In this document: one piece after another, positions 36,146 to 46,396 of the stretch
Layout: each line of letters begins with the position of its first letter
Position numbering within the stretch: position 1 is the first letter of the stretch
DNA from: Actinomycetota bacterium
GTDB taxonomy: Bacteria; Actinomycetota; Nitriliruptoria; Nitriliruptorales; Nitriliruptoraceae
Direction: 5' to 3'
Length of the DNA stretch: 64,000 nucleotides
NCBI GenBank assembly: GCA_017852335.1
Contig: JAFMLG010000001.1
Coordinates: 2,853 to 66,852 of the forward strand
The notes under the pieces: generated by a model
Database searches by the model: none
Seen by the model: only the letters and a program-made list of their open reading frames with translations
Told to the model about the DNA's origin: nothing
Position numbers and translations under genes: made by a program

Positions 36146-38014
36146 TCAGGCGCGCGGCTTGAAGTCCACGACGTACACCAGCGGACCGGCGTTGTTCGCG
36201 TCCGGCGCGATGGCGCCGGCCTCGAGACGACGGTTCGAGTAGGCGTAGAACGACGGCTTCTGCGTCAGCGGCAGCATGAAGAGCCCGTTCGGGTCCTTCG
36301 TGCGGGTCGTGACGTAGGCGTCCGCCTCGTTGTAGCAGGCGGCCCGCTCGTCGTCGTCCACGATCGAGTCGCAGGCGGACGCGAACTCGTCGAACTCCGC
36401 GTTCGCGTAGCCGTACGTGTTGTTCGTGCCGGCATCCTGCGGCGTCAGGTACGCGACCGTCTGACCGCCCGGCCACGGACCGCCGACCCACGCGAACTGG
36501 GTGATCTCCCAGGTCTCGCAGTTGCCCTCGGCACCCTGGCTGACGACGCAGGCGATGTGGTCCTCACCGAACGGGACGCCGAAGTACGCGGCGCCCGGCG
36601 TATTGTCGATCTCGATCTCGAAGCCGGCCTCGCTGAGCTGCTCCTGCAGGATCTGCTGCTGGAGCTCACGCAGGACGTTGCCGCCCGTCGTACCGACGCG
36701 CAGCGTCAGACGCCCGCGCTCCGGGTGCTCGTAGATGCCGTCCGCGCCCTTGACGTACCCGGCGCCGGTGAGCAGCGCGTCCGAGGACGCGATGTCGCCC
36801 TGGCCGTAGCCGGCGTCCCCGGCGTTGTCGACGTAGTACGGGCTGTTCGAGAGCCAGTACGTGTTGCCCAGGCCCTCGGCCGGCAGCGCCTCGCCGAACA
36901 GCGGCGTGTACAGCGCCTCCATGACCCGCGACTTGTCCATCGCGAACGCCAGCGCCTCACGGACGTCCGGGTCGCTCACGTGGCGACCGAACGTGTTCAG
37001 GCCCCAGTGCTCGAAGACCGGGCCCGGCGAGGCGGCGAGGGTGAAGTCCGGGTCGTCCCCGAACGCCTCGCCGAACTGGAGCTGCGGCTGCGTCATGATG
37101 AAGTCCGCCTCGCCGGCCTGCAGCGCGTTGATCTGCGCGTCGGTGTCGGCGACGAAGTTGATGCGGACGGTCGCGGCGCAGGCCACGCCCTTGTTCCTGA
37201 TGTCGACGTTGTCCGGATGACCGCCGTGGTACGCGTCGTTCCGGTCGAGGCCGAGCGAGACGCCGCGGTTCCACTCACCGAAGATCATCGGACCCGACGA
37301 CGGCAGCGGGCCGGAGCCGTCCGCCAGCTCCCACTCGGGCAGCTGCGCGTTGGCCGCGGTGGCGTCCGCGATCGCGTGGGCGGGCATGACCTCGGTGAAC
37401 AGGCTCGGCCAGCCGGCGAAGAACGCCTCCATCGTGAACGAGAACTCGGTGTCGCTGGCGAGGTCCCAGCTGTCGGGGAGGATGTCCCGGATGCCGAGGC
37501 GGCTGCCGACCAGGTAGACCCCACCCTCGCCGGTCTCGCGGTCGAAGCCCTCCATCACGACGTCGTAGGTGTGCTTGACGTCGGCCGAGGTCAGCGGCGT
37601 GCCGTCCGACCAGGTCAGCCCGTCGCGCAGCACGTACGCGATGGTCACGGTGCCGTCGGCGTTCTCGGTGACGGTGGCCGGGGCGGCCAGCAGCTCCGGC
37701 GTGTACGCGCCGGCCTCGGAGATCCCGTACAGGCCCTCCCACAGCGCCGCGCGGATCCACGCGGTGATGGTGAGGTTGTTGGCCGGGTCGTCGAGGTGCA
37801 TGTCCGGCGGCTCCTGCTCGTGCGCCCACACGAGCTCGCCGGTCTGGGAGGCGCAGTCGTCGTAGAGGCCCGCGGGGGCCTCCGCGGCGGACTCGCCGTC
37901 GGTCGTCGGGGCAGCGGTGTCCGCGGCCTCGTCCTCGGCGCCGCAGGCGGCGAGGAGCATGGCCGTGGCACCCAGGACGGCGAACGAACGCCGCCCGAAG
38001 CGCAGCTTCTGCAC
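36146..38014 (-). CDS. ABC transporter substrate-binding lipoprotein, peptide/nickel family 5
   Basis: GTG 38014 with AGGAGA RBS; lipobox LLAAC; family-5 SBP body (LTWSDGTPLTSADV, FGEWNRG..L.L.RND.Y). Eight Cys residues. GC looks slightly lower than in neighbouring genes. Confidence 0.85.
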   Translation of the reverse strand: MQKLRFGRRSFAVLGATAMLLAACGAEDEAADTAAPTTDGESAAEAPAGLYDDCASQTGELVWAHEQEPPDMHLDDPANNLTITAWIRAALWEGLYGISEAGAYTPELLAAPATVTENADGTVTIAYVLRDGLTWSDGTPLTSADVKHTYDVVMEGFDRETGEGGVYLVGSRLGIRDILPDSWDLASDTEFSFTMEAFFAGWPSLFTEVMPAHAIADATAANAQLPEWELADGSGPLPSSGPMIFGEWNRGVSLGLDRNDAYHGGHPDNVDIRNKGVACAATVRINFVADTDAQINALQAGEADFIMTQPQLQFGEAFGDDPDFTLAASPGPVFEHWGLNTFGRHVSDPDVREALAFAMDKSRVMEALYTPLFGEALPAEGLGNTYWLSNSPYYVDNAGDAGYGQGDIASSDALLTGAGYVKGADGIYEHPERGRLTLRVGTTGGNVLRELQQQILQEQLSEAGFEIEIDNTPGAAYFGVPFGEDHIACVVSQGAEGNCETWEITQFAWVGGPWPGGQTVAYLTPQDAGTNNTYGYANAEFDEFASACDSIVDDDERAACYNEADAYVTTRTKDPNGLFMLPLTQKPSFYAYSNRRLEAGAIAPDANNAGPLVYVVDFKPRA

Positions 38015-38131
38015 GTGGCTCTCCTGTGTCGGAACCCCCGCGTCGAGCGGCCCCGGGCGGGACCGCCCCCCACCAGGTCGGACGCGGACGGCGCGGCGGA
38101 CCCGGGCCGTCGAGGGGTCCCCGGAGCCTAC

Positions 38132-38151
38132 TGCCGCCCTCGTAGGCGGCA
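38132..38151 (-). terminator. hairpin TGCCGCC/GGCGGCA after the ABC exporter operon, next to a TAGGCT -10-like hexamer for the SBP gene
   Basis: 7-bp perfect inverted repeat with a 6-nt loop, 24 nt downstream of the stop at 38175. The minus-strand TAGGCT at 38125-38130 follows it. Confidence 0.3.
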
Positions 38152-38174
38152 AGGGTGGTCCGACGGACCTGGCC

Positions 38175-39968
38175 TCAGGTGCCCTCGCCGGTCCCGGCGG
38201 CCCAGTCGGCGTGGAGCGCCGCGTAGGCGCCCCCGGCCGCGAGCAGCGCCGCGTGCGCGCCGTCCTCGACCAGGCGGCCGTCGGCGAAGACCAGCACCCG
38301 CTCGGCCGCCTCCGCCGTCGAGAGCCGGTGCGCCACCGTCAGGCTGGTCCGGCCGGCGGTGAGCCGCTCGATGGCCCGCCGCAGCCGGACCTCGAGGGCG
38401 GCGTCGACGGCGCTGGTCGCCTCGTCGAGGATCAGCAGGTCCGGCGCGACCAGCCAGGCCCGGGTCAGCGCGACCAGCTGGCGCTCCCCGGCGGAGAGCC
38501 GGCGGCCGCGCTCGCCGACCTCCGTGTCCAGCCCGTCCGGCAGCCCGTCGATCCAGTCGCCGAGCCCGAGCTCGTCGAAGGCGGTCCTGACCCGGTCGCG
38601 GTCGACGCCGGGGACCGCGTACGCCACGTTCGCGGCGACGGTCGTGTCGAACAGGAACCCGTCCTGGGGGACGTACGCGACCCGGCGCCGCAGATCGTCA
38701 CGGGCGACGTCGCGCAGCGGCACGTCGCCGACGAGGACGCGGCCGGCCGACGGGTCGACCAGCCGCGTGACCAGCCGCACGAACGTCGACTTCCCCGACC
38801 CCGTCCGGCCGACGACGGCGACCCGCTCACCGGGCGCCACCGTCACGTCGAGGTCGTGGAGCACCGGCGGCCCGCCGGGGTACGCGAAGTCCACCGCCTC
38901 GAGCCGGACGCCGAGCGGGCCCGGCGGCAGCGCCACCGGCCGGGCCGGCTCGACCAGCGCGGCCGGCTCGTCGAGCACGCCGAGGATGCGGCGGACCCCG
39001 GCCCCCGCGGACTGCGCGTGGTCCAGGATCTCGACCAGCATCTGGACCGGCTCGATGAAGAGGGTGACGAGGAAGAGGAACGCCACGAGCGTGCCGGGGC
39101 TGAGACGACCACCGGCGCCGGTCACGACCCCGACGACGACGACCCCGGCGGTGACGGCCGCCGCGAACACCTCGGCGCTCGAGAACAGCGCCGCACCGAG
39201 CCGACCGACCCGGAACTCGGCGCGGAACTGCGCCTCCAGGGCCTCGGCCGCACGGGCCCGCGCCCGCTCCTCGGCCCCGTACGCACGGACGACCGGCAGT
39301 CCGGCGACGACCTCACCCATCGCGGCCAGCGTCTCGGCGTTGCGGGCGCGGACCCCGTCGTGGGCCCGGCCGAGGACGCGCTGGAACACGGCGAGCAGCA
39401 CGGCGTAGACGAGGGCCGCCGCGACGACCAGGCCCGCGAGCACCGGGTCCAGCACGACCATCACGACGAAGACCAGCAGGACCTGGGCGACCCCGACGAG
39501 GATGCCGACGCCGCCCCACTCGACGAACTGCGTGATGGTCTCGACGTCGCTGGTCACGCGGGCGACGAGGGCGCCGCGGCGGTCGCCCTCGGACTCGACG
39601 ACCGAGCGCCGGTGGAGGTGGCGGAACGTCGCCGTCCGCAGCTCGGCCAGCCCCTCGGCGGCCGCGCGGACCAGGCGGAACATGGCCCGCCACGACGCCA
39701 GCCCGGCGACGACCGCCGCGACGACGGCGCCGACCGCGACGACGAGCACCTCCGCGCGCGCGACCTCGCCGCCCGCGAGGACCCGGTCGACCAGCTGCTG
39801 GACGGTCAGCGGGACGAGGAGGTGCCCCGCGGTCCCGACGACGGCGAGCACCGCGGTCAGCCCGACACCGCGCGACAGCGCGGGCGCGACGCGGGCGGCG
39901 CGGCGGAGGTCGCGGACCACCGAGCGGCCGGCGGTCGGCCGGCTGCCCGGGGCGGTCGCGGCGCTCAC
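38175..39968 (-). CDS. ABC exporter, fused permease/ATP-binding subunit (heterodimer partner B)
   Basis: 597 aa; six-TM type-I exporter domain plus NBD (GRTGSGKST, LSAGERQLVAL, LLILDEATSAVD). The GTG start overlaps the upstream stop (GTGA). Confidence 0.88.
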   Translation of the reverse strand: MSAATAPGSRPTAGRSVVRDLRRAARVAPALSRGVGLTAVLAVVGTAGHLLVPLTVQQLVDRVLAGGEVARAEVLVVAVGAVVAAVVAGLASWRAMFRLVRAAAEGLAELRTATFRHLHRRSVVESEGDRRGALVARVTSDVETITQFVEWGGVGILVGVAQVLLVFVVMVVLDPVLAGLVVAAALVYAVLLAVFQRVLGRAHDGVRARNAETLAAMGEVVAGLPVVRAYGAEERARARAAEALEAQFRAEFRVGRLGAALFSSAEVFAAAVTAGVVVVGVVTGAGGRLSPGTLVAFLFLVTLFIEPVQMLVEILDHAQSAGAGVRRILGVLDEPAALVEPARPVALPPGPLGVRLEAVDFAYPGGPPVLHDLDVTVAPGERVAVVGRTGSGKSTFVRLVTRLVDPSAGRVLVGDVPLRDVARDDLRRRVAYVPQDGFLFDTTVAANVAYAVPGVDRDRVRTAFDELGLGDWIDGLPDGLDTEVGERGRRLSAGERQLVALTRAWLVAPDLLILDEATSAVDAALEVRLRRAIERLTAGRTSLTVAHRLSTAEAAERVLVFADGRLVEDGAHAALLAAGGAYAALHADWAAGTGEGT

Positions 39969-41794
39969 GACGCGTCCCCCGCGGCCGCCCGGTCCCGCCG
40001 GGCGCGGTCGTCCTCGTAGGCGCGGAGCAGCTCCGCGTACCTCGGGACGCGGGCCATCAGGTCCGCATGGGTGCCGTGGGCGACGATGCGTCCGTCCTCG
40101 ACGTACACGACCTCGTCCGCCAGCACGATCGTGCCCCGCCGGTACGCGACGACCACCACCGTCGACGGCAGGTCGGCCGACCGCAGCCGGGCCATGATCC
40201 CGGCCTCGACGGACGGGTCGACCGCCGACGTCGCGTCGTCGAGGACCAGCAGCCGCGGACGGCGGGCCAGCGCACGGGCCAGCGCGACGCGCTGCCGCTG
40301 CCCGCCCGAGAGCGCGGCGCCGCGCTCGCCGACGCGGGTCGCGACGCCGTCGGGCAGCGCGGCGACGACGTCGGTCGCGCCGGCCAGCGCCAGCGCCGCG
40401 TCGACCGCGGCCGCGTCGATCGCCGGGTCGCCGAGCGCAACGTTCTCGGCGACGGTGCCGTCGAACAGGAACGCCTCCTGGGGGACGTACGCGACCTCGG
40501 CCGGGACCGCCCCCGCCGCGAGGGCGCGCAGGTCGCGTCCGTCCAGCCGGACCGCGCCGTCGTCGGGGTCCCAGAGGCGGGCGAGCAGCAGGGCCACCGT
40601 CGACTTGCCCGACCCGGTCGGGCCGACGACCGCGACGGTGCGGCCCGGCGGGACCTCCAGCCGGACGTCCGAGAGGACCGGCCGGCCCTCGGGGTAGGCG
40701 AACCCGACCGCGTCCAGTCCCAGCCCGGCCGGGCCGCCGGTCCGGGCCGGCGCGTCGCCGTGGACGACGACGTCCCCGGCGCCGAGGACGTCCTCGACCC
40801 GCTGCCAGGCGGCCAGTCCGTTCGCGACGTCCCAGAGGAGGTACCCGATCAGCCGGATGGGGACGGTGAGGAGGGAGAGGAGGTAGGAGATGGCGACGAG
40901 GTCGCCGACGGCCAGCCCGCCGTCCAGGACGCGGAGCACGCCGACGGCGAGGACCAGGACCGTCCCGACGTTCGGCACGGCCTCGGTCGCCGCGCGGAAC
41001 CCCGTCCAGGTCCGCCCGACCACGACGAGGGCGTCACGGAGGTCGTCGGCGGCGGCGCCGAACCGGTCGGCCTCGTCCTCCTCGCGACCGAGCGCACGGA
41101 CCGTCACCGCACCGTCGAAGGACTCGTGCGCGACGCCGGCCACGACCCCGCGGCGGGCCTGGACCTCCTCCATCGCGCGGTACGCGCGCCAGCTGCCCCC
41201 GAGGTCGATCACGACCACCACGCCGAGCTGCAGCACCGCGAGCAGTCCCAGCAGCGGGTCGGTCAGGACGACGACGACGGAGGCGCCGATCAGCAGCAGC
41301 ACGACGCCCGTCGCGAACGGCAGGGGCGCGAGGATCCCCGTCGCGCGATCCGTGTCGTTGTCGGAGACCGAGAGGAGGTCGCCGACGCTCCGGCCGGCGT
41401 ACCACCGGAGCGAGAGCCGCAGCTCCCGCTCGACGAGGTCACGCCGGACGCGCTGCTGCGTGCGGAACTGGAGCCACCCGGCCGCCGTCCGGCGCAGCAC
41501 GATGCCGACCGCCTTCGCCAGCGCGACCGCCAGCAGCAGCCCGACGGCCAGCGGCAGCCGGTCCCCCGGGTCCGCGCCGCCGGTGAGGACCGGGGTCACG
41601 ACCTCGTCCACGACCCGGCCGACGACGATCGAGGACGCGATGATCGCGCCGGCGAACAGGGTCGCACCCGCGACGGCGATGACGAACGCGGCCCGCTGGG
41701 CCCGGACGAACGCGGCCAGCAGCGCGAGGCCGCTCCGCAGCACCCCGAGCGCCGAGGTCGGGGCGACCGACGGGGTCGCGCCACCGACCGTCAT
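39965..41794 (-). CDS. ABC exporter, fused permease/ATP-binding subunit (heterodimer partner A)
   Basis: 609 aa; TM domain plus NBD ([36 protein letters not shown]). Confidence 0.88.
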   Translation of the reverse strand: MTVGGATPSVAPTSALGVLRSGLALLAAFVRAQRAAFVIAVAGATLFAGAIIASSIVVGRVVDEVVTPVLTGGADPGDRLPLAVGLLLAVALAKAVGIVLRRTAAGWLQFRTQQRVRRDLVERELRLSLRWYAGRSVGDLLSVSDNDTDRATGILAPLPFATGVVLLLIGASVVVVLTDPLLGLLAVLQLGVVVVIDLGGSWRAYRAMEEVQARRGVVAGVAHESFDGAVTVRALGREEDEADRFGAAADDLRDALVVVGRTWTGFRAATEAVPNVGTVLVLAVGVLRVLDGGLAVGDLVAISYLLSLLTVPIRLIGYLLWDVANGLAAWQRVEDVLGAGDVVVHGDAPARTGGPAGLGLDAVGFAYPEGRPVLSDVRLEVPPGRTVAVVGPTGSGKSTVALLLARLWDPDDGAVRLDGRDLRALAAGAVPAEVAYVPQEAFLFDGTVAENVALGDPAIDAAAVDAALALAGATDVVAALPDGVATRVGERGAALSGGQRQRVALARALARRPRLLVLDDATSAVDPSVEAGIMARLRSADLPSTVVVVAYRRGTIVLADEVVYVEDGRIVAHGTHADLMARVPRYAELLRAYEDDRARRDRAAAGDAS

Positions 41795-41929
41795 ACCGTC
41801 CCCCGACCTCCGGGAACCGCGCGGTGCGTCCGGGAGTGCCCGAGCCTACGCCCGGGGCTCCTCAGGACCCCGCTGGGATACCGTCGAGCGGCCCGTCCGT
41901 GGGGCGGGTCGGGCTCGGGGGAGCGGCCG

Positions 41930-42895
41930 ATGCTGGCGTACGCGGTGCGTCGGGTCCTCGCGACCGTCCCGCTCCTCGTGCTCGGCACGTTCATCGTGTA
42001 CGTGCTCGTCGCCGTCTCGGGCGACCCGCTGGCGAAGCTCGCGACGTGCAACACCTGCGACCAGTCGGCCTTCGACCGCATCATCGACCTGTACGACCTG
42101 GACAAGCCGATCCCGGAGCGGTACGCGAACTGGATCGTGAACGCCGTCCAGGGCGACTTCGGCCCGGCCGTCAGCTACGGCAGCCTCGACGCCGGCGCGC
42201 TGGTGCTGGAGCGGGCCGCGAACTCGGCCCGGATCGCGATCCCGGCCTTCCTCATCATCATGGCCATCGCGGTCGCGCTGGGCGTCTACTCGGCGGTGAA
42301 CCAGTACTCGCGGCTGGACTACGCGGTGACGGGGCTGTCGTTCCTCGGGATCTCGCTGCCGACGTTCGTGTTCGCGCTGCTGCTCCAGACGATCATGATC
42401 TGGATGCTGGACGGGTTCGGATGGCGGCCGTTCTACGTCACCGGCATGCGGACGATCGAGCTGGACGGGTTCCTCGACATGATCCGCAGCCACGTGCTGC
42501 CCGTGATCACGCTGGTCCTGGTCCTGACCGCGTCCGAGTCGCGGTTCCAGCGGGCCGCGATGCTCGAGGTCATCAACTCGGACTACATCCGGACGGCCCG
42601 GGCGAAGGGCGTCCCGCACCGCCGCGTCATCCTCCGCCATGGGCTGCGCAACGCGCTGATCCCGATGGTCACGATCTGGGCGCTGGACTTCGCGGCGCTG
42701 CTCGGCGGCTCGGTCGTGACCGAGACGATCTTCGCCTGGCCGGGGCTGGGACCGCTGTTCATCTCGGCGGTGACGCAGCTGGACCTGAACCTCACGATGG
42801 CCATCGTGATGCTGACGTCGCTGCTGGTCATCACGTTCAACCTGATCGCCGACCTCGCCTACGGCTGGCTGGACCCGCGGATCCGGTATGAGTGA
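41930..42895 (+). CDS. peptide ABC transporter permease (DppB/OppB-like)
   Basis: ATG 41930 with GGGGGAG RBS: MLAYAVRRVLATVPLLVLGTFIVYVL...; EAA-type motif SDYIRTARAKGV..RRV...H.LRNALIP. Confidence 0.9.
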   Translation: MLAYAVRRVLATVPLLVLGTFIVYVLVAVSGDPLAKLATCNTCDQSAFDRIIDLYDLDKPIPERYANWIVNAVQGDFGPAVSYGSLDAGALVLERAANSARIAIPAFLIIMAIAVALGVYSAVNQYSRLDYAVTGLSFLGISLPTFVFALLLQTIMIWMLDGFGWRPFYVTGMRTIELDGFLDMIRSHVLPVITLVLVLTASESRFQRAAMLEVINSDYIRTARAKGVPHRRVILRHGLRNALIPMVTIWALDFAALLGGSVVTETIFAWPGLGPLFISAVTQLDLNLTMAIVMLTSLLVITFNLIADLAYGWLDPRIRYE

Positions 42896-43778
42896 GGCCG
42901 CGATCGACGCCCGCGAGGGCATCACGACCGAGTCGCGGTCCTTCGGCCGTCAGGCCCGGGACCGGTTCCGGCGGCACCGGCTCGCGATGGTCGCGCTGGT
43001 CGTGCTGGCGCTGCTGACCCTGTCCTTCATCGTCGGACCGTGGTTGTCGCCGTACGCCTTCAGCGACCAGGACTTCACCGCGCTGAACCAGGGCCCGTCG
43101 CTGGCCCACCCCTTCGGCACGGACCCGATCGGCCGGGACCTGATGGTCCGGACGTTCATCGGGGGCCGGTACTCGCTGCGCATCGCCCTGCTGATCGCGC
43201 TGCTCACCACCGCCATCGGGACGGTCATCGGCGCGGTCTCCGGGTACTTCGGCGGGGTCGTCGGGGCCGTCGTCGACCAGCTCATCAACCTCTTCCTGGT
43301 CGTCCCGGCGCTGATCATCCTCATCGTGCTGGCGGCGCGGTACGGCTCGGGCCCGAACGCGATCGCGGTCGTCATCGCCCTGCTGTCCTGGCCCCTGATC
43401 GCCCGCATCGTCCGCGGCTCGTTCCTGCAGTCCCGCGAGCAGGAGTTCGTCCTCGCGGCCCGGGCCGCCGGCGCCTCGACCGTCCGGATCATGTTCCGGC
43501 ACATCCTCCCGAACGTCTTCGGGCCGATCGTCGTGAACGCGACCCTGCTCATCGGCATCGCCATCATCCTCGAGTCGACGCTGGGCTTCCTCGGCCTCGG
43601 CGTGCGGCCGCCGGTCCCGACGCTCGGGAACCTGATCGCCGAGGCGAAGGGGGCGCTGCAGACGAAGCCGTCGGCCGCGCTGATCCCGGGCGGGTTCATC
43701 GTCGCCATCACGCTCTGCGCGAACTTCATCGGCGACGGGCTCCGCGACGCCCTCGACCCGACGGCGAGGCGCTCGTGA
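42888..43778 (+). CDS. peptide ABC transporter permease (DppC/OppC-like)
   Basis: 296 aa; [25 protein letters not shown]...I.FRHILPN; 8-nt overlap with the upstream permease gene. Confidence 0.9.
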   Translation: MSEAAIDAREGITTESRSFGRQARDRFRRHRLAMVALVVLALLTLSFIVGPWLSPYAFSDQDFTALNQGPSLAHPFGTDPIGRDLMVRTFIGGRYSLRIALLIALLTTAIGTVIGAVSGYFGGVVGAVVDQLINLFLVVPALIILIVLAARYGSGPNAIAVVIALLSWPLIARIVRGSFLQSREQEFVLAARAAGASTVRIMFRHILPNVFGPIVVNATLLIGIAIILESTLGFLGLGVRPPVPTLGNLIAEAKGALQTKPSAALIPGGFIVAITLCANFIGDGLRDALDPTARRS

Positions 43779-44794
43779 CCGCGCCGCTCCTCGAGGTCGA
43801 GGACCTCCGGGTCACCTTCGGGACCGACGACGGGGACGTCCGGGCGGTCCAGGGCCTCAGCTTCACGGTCTCGGAGGGCGAGACGCTGGCGGTCGTGGGC
43901 GAGTCGGGCTCGGGCAAGACCGTCGCGGCGCTCGCGATCATGCGCCTCCTCCCCCGGTACGCCCGCATCGAGGGGAGCATCCGGTTCCGCGGCACGTCGC
44001 TGCTGGACCTCGACGACGACGGCATGCGCGGCCTCCAGGGCGACGACCTCGCGATGGTGTTCCAGGACCCGATGACCGCCCTGAACCCCGTGATCACCGT
44101 CGGCGACCAGATCGTCGAGGCGATCCGGACCCACCGCGACGTCACCGAGGCGGCGGCGCGGGACCGGGCGGCCGAGCTGCTCGACCTCGTCGGCATCCCC
44201 GAGCCGCGGCGCCGCCTCGACAGCTACCCCCACGAGTTCTCGGGCGGGATGCGGCAGCGCGCGATGATCGCGATGGCGATCTCCAACGACCCGAAGCTGC
44301 TGATCGCGGACGAGCCGACGACGGCGCTGGACGTCACCGTCCAGGCCCAGGTGATGGAGGTGATCCGCCGCGTCCAGGAGGCGACGGGAACGGCCGTGAT
44401 GCTCGTCACCCACGACCTCGGACTGGTCGCCGGCACCGCCGACCGGATCCAGGTCATGTACGGCGGCCGCCTGTTCGAGTCCGGCGACACGGACACCGTG
44501 TTCTACGGCTCGCGCAACCCGTACACGCTGGGGCTGATGGCCTCGATCCCCTCGGCGGTCGGGCGGACCGCCCACCGCCTCGAGCCGATCCCCGGCTCGC
44601 CGCCGTCGCTGATCAACCTGCCCGAGGGCTGCGTGTTCGGTCCGCGGTGCGCGTTCGCTACCGACGCCTGCCGCAGCGAGCCCGAGCTCCGGGTCGTCGA
44701 CGCCGCGACCGGCCACGCGACCCGGTGCCACCGCGCGGACGAGCTGCCGGCGCTGATCGCGGCCCGCGCGGCCCCGCGGGAGGCGGGGGCGTGA
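43775..44794 (+). CDS. peptide ABC transporter ATP-binding protein (DppD/OppD-like)
   Basis: GTG in a GTGA overlap; [42 protein letters not shown], and a C-terminal Cys-containing oligopeptide-ATPase tail. Confidence 0.9.
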   Translation: MTAPLLEVEDLRVTFGTDDGDVRAVQGLSFTVSEGETLAVVGESGSGKTVAALAIMRLLPRYARIEGSIRFRGTSLLDLDDDGMRGLQGDDLAMVFQDPMTALNPVITVGDQIVEAIRTHRDVTEAAARDRAAELLDLVGIPEPRRRLDSYPHEFSGGMRQRAMIAMAISNDPKLLIADEPTTALDVTVQAQVMEVIRRVQEATGTAVMLVTHDLGLVAGTADRIQVMYGGRLFESGDTDTVFYGSRNPYTLGLMASIPSAVGRTAHRLEPIPGSPPSLINLPEGCVFGPRCAFATDACRSEPELRVVDAATGHATRCHRADELPALIAARAAPREAGA

Positions 44795-45801
44795 GCGCCC
44801 CCGTCCTCCGCGTCCGCGGCCTGACCAAGGAGTTCCCGATCCGGCAGGGCGTGTTCCGGCGCCAGGTCGGGACCGTCTCGGCGCTCGACGGGGTCGACCT
44901 CGACATCGCCGAGCGGGAGACGCTGGGCATGGTCGGTGAGTCCGGCTGCGGCAAGACCACGTTCGGTCGCTCGGTGCTGCGGCTGGTCGAGCCGACGTCG
45001 GGCAGCGTCGAGTTCCGGGGCGAGGACGTGCTGGCCGCGTCGCCGCAGCGGCTGCGCCAGCTGCGCCGCTCGATCCAGGTCGTGTTCCAGGACCCGTTCG
45101 CCTCGCTGAACCCCCGCATGCCGGTCCGGGACATCGTCGCCGAGCCGCTGGTCATCCACGGCACCGAGCGGCGCGAGGCGTTCGACCGGGTCGACGCGCT
45201 GCTCGCCTCGGTCGGCCTGTCGCCCGAGCACGGCAACCGGTACCCGCACGAGTTCTCCGGCGGACAGCGCCAGCGCATCGGCATCGCCCGGGCGCTGGCG
45301 CTCGAGCCCGAGTTCGTCGTGCTCGACGAGCCGGTCTCGGCGCTGGACGTCTCGGTCCAGGCCCAGGTCATCAACCTCCTCGAGGACCTGCAGGACCGGC
45401 TCGGGCTGACGTTCCTGATGATCGCGCACGACCTCTCGGTCGTCCGGCACGTCGCGGACCGCATCGCCGTGATGTACCTCGGTCATCTCGTCGAGCTGGC
45501 CGACGGCGAGGCGCTGTACGAGCGGCCGGCCCACCCCTACACCCACGCCCTGCTCTCGGCCGTACCCGTCGCTGACCCGCGGACCGAGCGCGCCCGCGAG
45601 CGCATCGTCCTGGCCGGGGACCTCCCCTCCCCGGCCGACCCGCCGTCGGGCTGCCGGTTCCGGACGCGGTGCCCGATCGCCCAGCCGGTCTGCGCCGAGG
45701 AGCGACCGCCGCTGGTCCCGCTGAGCGACGGTCAGACCGTCGCCTGCCACTTCCCGCTGATCGCCGGCGAGACGCTGGCCGACCGGGTCGCCGCCGGCTG
45801 A
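44791..45801 (+). CDS. peptide ABC transporter ATP-binding protein (DppF/OppF-like)
   Basis: GTG in a GTGA overlap; [58 protein letters not shown]. Confidence 0.9.
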   Translation: MSAPVLRVRGLTKEFPIRQGVFRRQVGTVSALDGVDLDIAERETLGMVGESGCGKTTFGRSVLRLVEPTSGSVEFRGEDVLAASPQRLRQLRRSIQVVFQDPFASLNPRMPVRDIVAEPLVIHGTERREAFDRVDALLASVGLSPEHGNRYPHEFSGGQRQRIGIARALALEPEFVVLDEPVSALDVSVQAQVINLLEDLQDRLGLTFLMIAHDLSVVRHVADRIAVMYLGHLVELADGEALYERPAHPYTHALLSAVPVADPRTERARERIVLAGDLPSPADPPSGCRFRTRCPIAQPVCAEERPPLVPLSDGQTVACHFPLIAGETLADRVAAG

Positions 45802-45852
45802 CCGGGCCGGCGACGGGGTTCCGCGCGGCGGAACGCGGCGGTCATCGGCCAC

Positions 45853-46317
45853 TCACCGGGGATCGGTCTCGGTCCGGGGCGGCTCGGCCCGCATCCGCAC
45901 CGAGGGCGCGTGCGCGGCGACGACCGCGGCCAGCGCGGCGTGCACGGACGGCGGCTCGGCCGCGGTCGTGATCAGCCACCGACCCCGCCGGCCGCGGAGC
46001 ACGAGCCCGCCGGTCCCGGGCCCGGCGAACCGGCGCCGCTGCCGCTCGACGGCGACCGCCCGGTCCCACGGGATCCGCTCACGGCGGAGCAGGCAGACAC
46101 GGACGACGCCGGTCGCGTCGACCTCGGTCCGACGCGGCAGGTCGAGGAGCAGGACGCCCGCGGCGAGCGCGGCCAGGGCGAGCGCGACGACCGCCCCGGG
46201 TGCCGTCCCGCTCGCACGGACCGCGGCCGCGCCGAGCCCCCCGAGCAGCAGCGTCGAGGCGCCGGCGGCTAGGAACGGACGGATCGAACCCGGGACGACC
46301 ACGCGCTCCACCGCCAT
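45853..46317 (-). CDS. hypothetical membrane protein, possible bacterial PH-like domain
   Basis: Two N-terminal TM helices, then a short beta-rich domain (VVRVCLLRRERIPWDRAVAVE...GGLVLRGRRGRWLI). The family assignment is tentative. Confidence 0.45.
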   Translation of the reverse strand: MAVERVVVPGSIRPFLAAGASTLLLGGLGAAAVRASGTAPGAVVALALAALAAGVLLLDLPRRTEVDATGVVRVCLLRRERIPWDRAVAVERQRRRFAGPGTGGLVLRGRRGRWLITTAAEPPSVHAALAAVVAAHAPSVRMRAEPPRTETDPR

Positions 46318-46396
46318 GCCGACAGCCTACGGCCGCGTACCGTGCCGGCCCCGGTGACCGCAGGGCGCGGGGTCCACGACGGGGACGGGGGCGAGC

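Noticed and set aside
45818-45834. GTTCCGC-GCG-GCGGAAC hairpin between the convergent dppF-like and PH-like genes
   Set aside because: The stem is only 7 bp with a 3-nt loop and no U-tract. It may act as a weak bidirectional terminator but is not distinguishable from background GC-rich palindromes.
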